Source: Phycisphaerae bacterium (GTDB taxonomy: Bacteria; Planctomycetota; Phycisphaerae; UBA1845; Fen-1342). Taken from it: a DNA stretch of 64,000 nucleotides. Below are positions 56,595-64,000 of the stretch, piece by piece. Position numbers and translations under genes: made by a program. Under the pieces are notes generated by a model. It was not told where the DNA came from and did not search any database. It saw only the letters and a program-made list of their open reading frames with translations. How positions within the stretch are numbered: the stretch's first letter is position 1; every line of letters begins with the position of its first letter. Where the stretch lies: positions 1 to 64,000 of the forward strand of contig CAXXWX010000023.1 in NCBI GenBank assembly GCA_963675745.2. Direction: 5' to 3'.

Positions 56595-57816
56595 ATGGTC
56601 ACGGAACTCGCGCAGGAGTCATGGCGCCTGCCGCCGCTGGATCCATCCGAGTGCGGCCCGCTGGCGGATTTCCCACGGCTGTCAGACGCGGAGAAGCACG
56701 CCGTCTGGGACGCATATGCCGAGGGTAATCCGACACGCGTGCCCGTCACGCTGGGGCTCAACAACCGCGTGTTCGTGTTGGAACAGGCATACAACGTTGA
56801 GGGGCTGACCTACGAGAGCATCTTCTCCGACGCGGAGGCCATGCTGATCGCGCAGTTGCGCGCGAATTACCTCGTGCGCTGCCGCCATCACCTCTTCTGC
56901 GATTTGCCGACCGAGCTGCCCGAGTCCTGGGAAGTGTCGCCTTATTTCCAGAACGTCTACGAGTCGGCCGCGTTTGGCGCGCCGATTTCCTGCGGCGCGA
57001 ATGACGTGCCCGCCGCCACGCCGAACCTCGATGACGATAACAAGCACTTCGGTCTTTGACGTGGATATTGACCACCCGCTTGAACTCGGCGTGTACAAGA
57101 CCGGCATCGAGATGACGCATGCGATGCGGAAGATCGCCGACAGCCTGACGTTCTTCGGCCGTCCGATCGAGGTGCGGCCCTACGCGGAGCTGGTCAGCGA
57201 CGGGCCGCTGACAAACGCCTTGAATCTGCGCGGCGCGGGCATCTTCCGTGATCTGAAGCGTGACCCGGAATACGCCCACCAGTTGTTTGATTTCATCGTG
57301 GAAGCGGGGATCAAGCGCGTGCGCGCGTTTCTTGAACACTGGGACCTGCCGGAACCCGACCAGGTTTGGTTCGCCGACGATGCCGTCGCAAACATCGGCA
57401 CCGAGCAATACCGCGAGTTTGTGCTGCCCTACCACCGCAAATGGTATAACGCGCTGGACCCGCGGCGGGACAGGATTCGCGGGATGCACCTGTGCGGCGA
57501 CGCGACGCGCCACTTCAAGCTGATACGCGATGAGCTGGGCATCAGCGCGTTCGACACAGGTTACCCGGTTGACTTCGGCGCGCTGCGCCGGGAGTTGGGA
57601 CCGCGTGTCGAGATTGCCGGCGGTGTGGAAGTGCCGCTGCTCATGGGCGCGACGCCCGGCGAGGTTTACGATCGCACGACGGCAATCCTGTCATCGGGAG
57701 TCTGCGAGGGCGACCGGTTCATCCTGCGCGAAGGCAACAACCTGCCTCCCGGTGTTCCCTGGGCCAACCTGGCGGCCATGTACAAGGCGGCCTTCGACTT
57801 CGGCGCAGCGGGCTGA
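56595..57816 (+). CDS. URO-D-superfamily protein, split by a +1 frameshift at ~57048
   Basis: ORFs 56595..57059 and 56974..57816 join (..DDNKHSVFDVDI..) after deleting one T. GPLTNALNLRG, ADDA, YREFVLPYH, HLCG. Confidence 0.8.
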
Positions 57817-57818
57817 TC

Positions 57819-59324
57819 ATGCGCCCCGCCGGCACCGGTCCTCATTCGGAAACCACTTCCGCGAAAGCGGCGGAGGTGACGCCCGCCTGGAGTCGCTGGG
57901 CCGCGTGCGTGGTGTTCGCCGGCGCGGTTTGGATGGCGTTCGTTGCGTTTCGACACCTGGGGGCCGAGTTTACGCTGGCCAAGCCGTGGGCGATGCTGAT
58001 CGAGCTGGCCATCGGCCTGATCGTGGTGCCTCCCGCACTGCGGACGTTTCGCGGCGCGGCGCGCTCGGATCGGCCGGCCGAGCCGGTGTTCCTGGTCGTG
58101 TGTATCGCCGTTTTCGCAGTCACCCGTCTGCTCATGCTGCGCCTGATCCCGACGCTGCCCACCTCGGACTTCGCGGCCTATCACGATCTCGCTCAATTGC
58201 TGGCAAGCGGCGCGCCGCTCCCACCAGATGGCGCGCGTCCGCTGTTTTTCGCCTGGGGCTACTCGTTGTTGCTCGCGCCGTGGTATGCCGTGCTCGGCGA
58301 TGGGTTGATTGTCGCCAAGCTGCTCAACCTCGCCGCGGGTATCGCCGCATTGCTGCTGCTCTATCCGCTGGCGAAAGCGGCCGGCGGAATGGCGGTCGGG
58401 CGCGGCGCGGTGATTCTGTATATTCTCTGGCCCGCGCAGCTTTTTCTGACACCCGTGCTGGCCTCAGAGCACTGCGCGCTGTTGTTCTGCCTGGCGGGCC
58501 TGCTATGTGCGCTGGCGGTGATCCAGCGTCAGCGGAACGTGGGGCTGTCACTCGTCGGCGGTTTGAGCCTGGGTTTGGCATGTGTGCTGCGTCCGGCCCT
58601 CGGCGTCGTTCTGCCGGTCACCCTGCTTGTGATCTTGACGTACACGCCGCGCCGGCGCGCGGCGCTGGTTGCCGTCGGCGTGTGGGTGATCGCATTTGCC
58701 GGAATCCAGGCGGGATGTCGCGGTTATGTCCAGTCCGTATATCAGCGCTGGCCGCCCACGGTCGCCTGGTGGAATCTGATGGCGGGTATGAGCTACGAGG
58801 CGCGCGGCCAATGGAACCAGCCGGATGCCGACGCGTTTTTCTCCCGCGCAACACCCGCCCTGCGCGACCGGTTCGCGCGCACACAGATATTTCATCGCGC
58901 CGCACACCTGGGCTGGCGCTGGCCCAATCACATCCGCCGTAAGCTCGAATTGTTGTGGGGCGACAATTACTACGGCCTCTGGTGGGCGACGCGCGAACTG
59001 GGCGACACACCAACGCGCCCGTGGCTCGAAAGCCAGTTGCCGCGGCTGTTCACGTGGTCGCAGATGCTGCACCTGGCCAGCGTCATTTTGTGCGCGCGGG
59101 GGCTCTACCTTGCGTTTCGCCGACCGCACGGCGCCGCCGTCACGCTGATGCTGCTTTTAATACTCAGCGGCACGGCGTTGCACGGCGTGTTCGAAACACA
59201 ATCACGCTACAGCCACGTGTTTGCCATCGGGGCACTGCTCTTCGCGGCAATGGGATTGGTCGGCACACCCCCAACGCAGTGCCCCGAGCATCGGCGACGG
59301 GGCGATCAGCAGTCTGAGTGTTAG
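57819..59324 (+). CDS. Polytopic membrane glycosyltransferase (GT-C/PMT-like)
   Basis: P.SDFAAY..LA, GYSLLLA, LASE, LRP, ETQSRY; about 11 TM helices. Confidence 0.75.
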   Translation: MRPAGTGPHSETTSAKAAEVTPAWSRWAACVVFAGAVWMAFVAFRHLGAEFTLAKPWAMLIELAIGLIVVPPALRTFRGAARSDRPAEPVFLVVCIAVFAVTRLLMLRLIPTLPTSDFAAYHDLAQLLASGAPLPPDGARPLFFAWGYSLLLAPWYAVLGDGLIVAKLLNLAAGIAALLLLYPLAKAAGGMAVGRGAVILYILWPAQLFLTPVLASEHCALLFCLAGLLCALAVIQRQRNVGLSLVGGLSLGLACVLRPALGVVLPVTLLVILTYTPRRRAALVAVGVWVIAFAGIQAGCRGYVQSVYQRWPPTVAWWNLMAGMSYEARGQWNQPDADAFFSRATPALRDRFARTQIFHRAAHLGWRWPNHIRRKLELLWGDNYYGLWWATRELGDTPTRPWLESQLPRLFTWSQMLHLASVILCARGLYLAFRRPHGAAVTLMLLLILSGTALHGVFETQSRYSHVFAIGALLFAAMGLVGTPPTQCPEHRRRGDQQSEC

Positions 59325-59352
59325 CTACGGGCCGAACGCACGATGGCACCGC

Positions 59353-59577
59353 GCCGGTCGCTCACGCTTGCGGTTCTGCTCAGCCGCTGCTCTTGAGCCG
59401 GGTGCCACATGCCGACGGCCGTTTGCGTCGGCATACGGAGACCCCAAGCTGCTCGACCATGGGGGCGGTCCCACCGAACGAAAAAGTCCACAAGCGCGTC
59501 GATGTCGCCGCTGCTCTCGAGCAGTACGATAGCCGGACTGGTGCCGCAGAAGGCACTGCTTGAGAGCAGTGGCACAC
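59353..59577. repeat. REP-like palindrome cluster between convergent genes
   Basis: GTGCCAC+ATGCCGACG..CGTCGGCAT (59402-59434); CACTGCT-TGAG-AGCAGTG-GCACAC (59554-59577); degenerate copies near 59383 and 59504. Confidence 0.75.
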
Positions 59578-59595
59578 CGCGCCGGTCGTCGTGTG

Positions 59596-60840
59596 CTATT
59601 CCTCATCGTCGCGATGGGCGAATGGCGGCGGTGAGAGCAACATCGGGCGGCGCTGCGCGACGTTCAGCAGTAGACCCAGCGCGATGAAATTCGCCCACAG
59701 GCTGCTGCCGCCGGCGCTGACGAACGGCAGCGTCATGCCGGTGATCGGGGCCTGGCCGATGGTCATACACATGTTGAGCAGGGCCTGCGCCACGATCATG
59801 ACTATCACGCCGATGGCCAGCAGCCGTCCGAACGGGTCGTTGGTTACCAGCGAGACCTCCGTGCCAAACAGCACAATCACGCCGTAGGCTAGGATCACCA
59901 GCAGACAGCCCAGCAGCCCCCACTGGTGACCGATGATGGCGAAGATGAAGTCGTTATGCTCTTCGGGGAGGAGCTCGTGCTCGATGAATACGCCGTGGCC
60001 GAACCCCTGGCCGAAGATGCCGCCGGTGCCCAGCGCGATCTTCGACTGCCGTAACTGGTAACCCTGGTCCATGTGCCAGCGTTCGTCGTCGATACCTTGC
60101 TTGAACACGACCTGAATGCGCTGCCGTTGATAGTCCTTCATTCCCCAGAAATAAAACGCCGGCAGACAGGCGGCTCCGACAACGATAATCAACGCCAGGT
60201 GCCGCAAACGCGCGCCGGCGACGAACAGCATCGCGAACAGCACCGGCAGCAGCATCAGCAGTGTGCCCAGGTCCGGCTGCCGGAGGATCAGCAGCATCGG
60301 TCCTAGCGTGAGCAGAAAAGGCGGGATCAGTCCCGGCAACCGCCGATACGAACTGCGAAAACGCAGGTAGCGGGCGAGCGCCAGGATCAGCGCCGGCTTC
60401 ATGAACTCGGACGGCTGAATCGATATCAACCCGCCAAACTCGATCCAGCGCCGCGTGTTTCTGCGCACCGGGATCATGGGCAGATCGAAGTGACGATCGA
60501 TGACCAAAAGCAGCAGCAGAAAGATGACAATGCCGTAAATGAGAAACGCATAGCGTCCAATCTTCTGATAGCTCGGTACGAGCGTGATCAGCATGAGCGC
60601 GATGCCCGTTACAAAGTAGATCCCCTGGCGCACGGTGGTGCGTTGGAGCGCCGCTTTCAGGCCGGCACTCGCCGTCACGTCGCCATCTCCATCGGTGCGT
60701 GTCTGGACAACCGGCTCGGTTGCGTCGCGCGTGCGGTCTGTGGCATCGATGGCAAACAGGCCCACGGTGGTCAGAAAGAGCACCGGCAGGGCCACCGCCC
60801 ACCCGAGTCGCGTCAAGTTCAGAGAAGAGCGTGGAGGCAT
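59596..60840 (-). CDS. rodA: SEDS peptidoglycan polymerase RodA
   Basis: RRWI, IQPSEFMK, QPDLGT, YQRQRI, GYQLRQSKIALGTGG, LPEEHNDFIF, PITGMTLPFVSAGGSS; directly downstream of pbp2. Confidence 0.92.
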   Translation of the reverse strand: MPPRSSLNLTRLGWAVALPVLFLTTVGLFAIDATDRTRDATEPVVQTRTDGDGDVTASAGLKAALQRTTVRQGIYFVTGIALMLITLVPSYQKIGRYAFLIYGIVIFLLLLLVIDRHFDLPMIPVRRNTRRWIEFGGLISIQPSEFMKPALILALARYLRFRSSYRRLPGLIPPFLLTLGPMLLILRQPDLGTLLMLLPVLFAMLFVAGARLRHLALIIVVGAACLPAFYFWGMKDYQRQRIQVVFKQGIDDERWHMDQGYQLRQSKIALGTGGIFGQGFGHGVFIEHELLPEEHNDFIFAIIGHQWGLLGCLLVILAYGVIVLFGTEVSLVTNDPFGRLLAIGVIVMIVAQALLNMCMTIGQAPITGMTLPFVSAGGSSLWANFIALGLLLNVAQRRPMLLSPPPFAHRDDEE

Positions 60841-60848
60841 TGGAAAGA

Positions 60849-60946
60849 AGTTGTCAGTTGGCAGTTGGCAGTTGTCAGTTGGCAGTTGTCAGTTGGCAGT
60901 TGTCAGTTGGCAGTTATCAGTTGGCAGTTATTAGTGGTCGGTGGTC
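60849..60946. repeat. Heptamer tandem array, 14 units (AGTTGGC/AGTTGTC)
   Basis: Read directly; fills the pbp2-rodA spacer. Confidence 0.95.
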
Positions 60947-60955
60947 TGCTGTCGG

Positions 60956-63085
60956 CTAGGGCTCCTGTTGGTTTTCCAGTATCCATTCCGCGATCTGTTT
61001 GCCTACTGGCGATGCGACGCGTCCGCCGCTGCCGCCTAGCTCGATAACCACGCTGATGGCGTAGCTTCGGCCCGTCGGGCGCTCACCGCGAGGCGTGGCT
61101 TTCGGCTGGGTAAAGCCCATGAACCAGGCGTGCGTGGCCAACTCGCCGGGCAAGACATCTGGGAAGCGCTCGTAGGCGCGCCAGCCGACGACCTCGGGTT
61201 TGGGCTCGTCAAACTGTGCCAGCGCGTCAGGCTTGGTAGGGGCGATGACCTCCTCACGGCGGCCATCCGGCCACTGCACGGTGAACTTACGGCTGATGAT
61301 CAACGGCGGCGTCTGTGCCGAGCCGGTCTTGCCGCACAACTCGTATTGCGGGTCGTCGATCTTCGCGAACTTGGCGGTGCCGCTGTCATTTACGACGCGC
61401 CACATGCCGCGGCGCAGCACGCGCACGGCGCTCTCGTCAAACTGGATCGGCGCCGCGTCAACCGGGTTGATCCAGTTTCCCTCGGCGTCGTATACCAGCC
61501 GCACCGGCTCCCAGCGCCCACTCGCGATCGACGCGGCCACGTTGGCGACTTGCAGCGGCGTTGCGTTTACCTCACCCTGGCCAATCGCCCAGTTCCACGG
61601 GTCGGCAGGCTGCGCTTCCGGCGCGGAGGGCCGGTGGCGCGCCAACCACTCTGCATCCGGACAGACACCCGCCGTCTCCTCGATCAGGCCCGTGCCGGCC
61701 GTGCGGCCGAAACCGAACTGCGAAAACCAGTGGCACAGCCGATCGGCACCCAGCCGGCCGCCCACCTTGAAGAAGTAGATATTGCACGAGTTGCGGATGG
61801 CCGTCTCGGCGTCCTGCGGCCCGTGCATGCGCCGATACTGCTTGTAGTACCAGCAGCGAAACCGGTCCGGCCGGGCCGGCAGGAGAAACCCCGTGCAGTT
61901 GATGGTCTCGGTCGGCGCGATCTTGTGATCAGACAGACCGCCGACCAGCGTGATCGCCTTACACGTCGATCCCGGCGGATACGCCTTCTGCACAGCCCGA
62001 AACAGCGTTGGCAGACGACGCGTATCCTGTCGCAGACGCGTGTACTCCTCGCGAAACGTGTCGTAGTGATAGCCGGGATAGCTGGCCAGCGCCAAGACCT
62101 CGCGCGTCGCGACGTCAATGACAACCGCCGACGCGCCGGCCTTGGCCGGCAGATCACTGTCTTCGACGGCGGCGCGCAGCAACTCGGTAACCTGCGCCTG
62201 CGTCTCGCCGTCAATCGTCAGGTAAACGTCGGTACCGCGCACCGGCTCGATGCGCCCCAGTTCACCGCCCGCGTAGTCAACCTCGATGCGCCCGCGCGTG
62301 CCGCGCAGCTCGGTCTCGGCCAAACGCTCGACCCCCGACACGCCGCAAGACTGCCCCGGCCGCAGCGCGCGCAGCTCATCATCGCGAAGCGAGTCGTTTG
62401 CGATCATCTCGGCACTGGCTTGGCCGGTACGGCCCAGAATGTGACAGAACGCGTCGGCATCGTGCGACAGGCGCCTTGAAGACGGCACGATCGCCAGCCA
62501 CGGATAGTGGTCGAGCTCTAGCCGCGCGGCCAGCACCGTCTCCTCATCGATCCCGGTCAGCACCGGGTGAAACCAGGTTTCCTCCAGGATGCGCTGGCGC
62601 CGCCCCGCGTGTGCCTCGACGTTACGGCGAATCAGCTCGACGCGGCGCCGCAAAGCCTCCGCCCGCTCGACCACCTCGCCGGCGGGCAGACCGGTGAGCG
62701 CTTCGATCTCCTGCCACATGGCGCTTATGTCACGCTGGAGCTTCGCGACAATGTCGTCAGTCTTCATCGACGTCGGATAGTCGCCACGCTCGCGCAGGCC
62801 GCGCGCCACGCGCCGCAGATAGCTCTCTCGATTCGTAAACGTCAGAACCTCATATCGAACGCTGATGTCAAAGGCGGGCTCGTCGGTCAGCAGTGGCCGG
62901 CCCCGGCGATCGTAGATGCCCCCGCGCGGCGCCGGCAGGTCGGTCGGCTTCTGAGTCAGGATGCGCGCGGCGAGGGCGTCAAACTCGGCCGCCCGCACCA
63001 CCTGCAACTCGCCCAGCCGCAGCGCAATCACGACGGCCAGCGCCGTAAGAATCGCCAGAAACCATGCCAGCCTTCTGCGGTACAT
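60956..63085 (-). CDS. mrdA: Class B penicillin-binding protein 2
   Basis: N-terminal TM, PAPRGGIYDR, G.SGVE, PGSTCK (SxxK), SCN (SxN), KTG, HAWF. Confidence 0.9.
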   Translation of the reverse strand: MYRRRLAWFLAILTALAVVIALRLGELQVVRAAEFDALAARILTQKPTDLPAPRGGIYDRRGRPLLTDEPAFDISVRYEVLTFTNRESYLRRVARGLRERGDYPTSMKTDDIVAKLQRDISAMWQEIEALTGLPAGEVVERAEALRRRVELIRRNVEAHAGRRQRILEETWFHPVLTGIDEETVLAARLELDHYPWLAIVPSSRRLSHDADAFCHILGRTGQASAEMIANDSLRDDELRALRPGQSCGVSGVERLAETELRGTRGRIEVDYAGGELGRIEPVRGTDVYLTIDGETQAQVTELLRAAVEDSDLPAKAGASAVVIDVATREVLALASYPGYHYDTFREEYTRLRQDTRRLPTLFRAVQKAYPPGSTCKAITLVGGLSDHKIAPTETINCTGFLLPARPDRFRCWYYKQYRRMHGPQDAETAIRNSCNIYFFKVGGRLGADRLCHWFSQFGFGRTAGTGLIEETAGVCPDAEWLARHRPSAPEAQPADPWNWAIGQGEVNATPLQVANVAASIASGRWEPVRLVYDAEGNWINPVDAAPIQFDESAVRVLRRGMWRVVNDSGTAKFAKIDDPQYELCGKTGSAQTPPLIISRKFTVQWPDGRREEVIAPTKPDALAQFDEPKPEVVGWRAYERFPDVLPGELATHAWFMGFTQPKATPRGERPTGRSYAISVVIELGGSGGRVASPVGKQIAEWILENQQEP

Positions 63086-63122
63086 TCGTGACGCTCGCTA
63101 TCCTCTCGCGGCGCCGCCGCGA

Positions 63123-63794
63123 TTATCGCCTTGCGACGTTGACCAGCACCGGCGTCAATACGTTCATCTTGTGCTGATGCAGATCCTGAAAGCCCGCCTG
63201 CTCGATCATGCGTCGAACTTCGTGCCATTTGGCATGCCGCACGTGGCGCTCGATGTTGGCCACGAACAGCTCGAAGATGATCCAGCCAATGATGTTGTCT
63301 CGAAATCCGTCGAGCAGCAGCAACAGACCGCCCGGCCGCAACACTCGGTAAAACTCGCTGATTGCCCGCTCCGGATGCGGGTAGTGGTGAAACGAATTGC
63401 AGCATGTAACCACGTCAAAGCCGGAATCATCAACCGGCAGGTGCTCGGCGTCACCCTGGATCGCCGAGAGCTTGTCGCTGGTTTCAAGCCGCGCGAACTT
63501 GTCGGAAGCCTGGGCCACCATCGCACCGGAGTAGTCCAGGCCGACCAGTCGCTGTGCGTGGGGAAGCCGCGACAGCAGCGCCAGCAACGTGCCGGTGCCA
63601 CAGCCGATGTCGAGCGCACTGAACGGGGCCGGGCCGCGGCGCTGTTGCCAGCGCAGGATGTGCTCCTGACAAGCACGCACACAGGGGAAGAACAGCAGTT
63701 CGTTCAACCATGAGCGATCGTACGACAGGGCCCACTTTTCGAACTGCCGCCGCGCGTGTGCCTTGGCCTCGGTTGAGGAAGCATGTGCGGGCAT
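63123..63794 (-). CDS. Class I SAM-dependent methyltransferase
   Basis: LDIGCGTG, GLDYSGAM, GDAEHLP, SFHHYP, RVLRPGG. Confidence 0.92.
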   Translation of the reverse strand: MPAHASSTEAKAHARRQFEKWALSYDRSWLNELLFFPCVRACQEHILRWQQRRGPAPFSALDIGCGTGTLLALLSRLPHAQRLVGLDYSGAMVAQASDKFARLETSDKLSAIQGDAEHLPVDDSGFDVVTCCNSFHHYPHPERAISEFYRVLRPGGLLLLLDGFRDNIIGWIIFELFVANIERHVRHAKWHEVRRMIEQAGFQDLHQHKMNVLTPVLVNVARR

Positions 63795-64000
63795 GTAAGC
63801 GCCATCCCTAGCGTGATTGTCAATCAGTTTATGCACCTAGCGGCCGACGTTGCCGTCGGCCGTTTGGCCGGTAAGAAACCGTTCCACAATCAAGACTGTA
63901 CCAGCCATCGCCCGCGATCGTTCCAGACAGTTATCGCAAGCGCCACCTTGCATCGACCACACAGGGTAACGACACTATGCATGGTTGGAAACCGCAGCGC

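Noticed and set aside
56044..57050. AAGCAYTTC as a programmed frameshift signal
   Set aside because: It is not a known slippery motif, and the same 9-mer occurs in uninterrupted genes (16471, 36293).
59318..59606. Short ORFs between the GT-C gene and rodA
   Set aside because: The region is explained by REP-like palindromes; there is no SD or coding signature.

Overview
GC-rich bacterial chromosome window, most likely from a Planctomycetota/Phycisphaerae genome or MAG. This is inferred from GACC Cys-repeat and dockerin-like secreted proteins, a planctomycete-style LptD and ECF sigma fragment, an EF-G2-like paralogue and heptamer intergenic arrays. Housekeeping and envelope genes include rpsB, a mog-like gene, a NeuD-like acetyltransferase, an AI-2E transporter, lptD, ate/bpt, a citD-citE fusion, corA, an MscK-like channel, gmhA, hldE, sucC, rarA, 5-formyl-THF cyclo-ligase, nadB, a B12 radical SAM gene, queA, a fusA paralogue, rodA and pbp2. 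The accessory core (18-41 kb) holds a cusCBA-type Cu/Ag efflux operon, a four-gene cluster of secreted metalloprotease/Cys-repeat/Ig/dockerin proteins, and a URO-D-like/GH2 divergon. The best unexplained signals are: (1) a ~310-nt structured RNA candidate with two pseudoknot-type pairings and its own promoter, between convergent genes (3111-3423); (2) a Cys-rich uORF with an HGPP arrest-like motif ahead of cusCBA; (3) the secreted dockerin cluster; (4) a 120-bp REP-like palindrome inserted in frame in a signal peptide; (5) an identical 18-bp leaderless promoter/start at two unrelated genes. Three +1 frameshifts (mog, fusA, second URO-D gene) are probably assembly errors. No rRNA, tRNA, CRISPR array or transposase was found. 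All calls come from reading motifs by eye; no searches were run.
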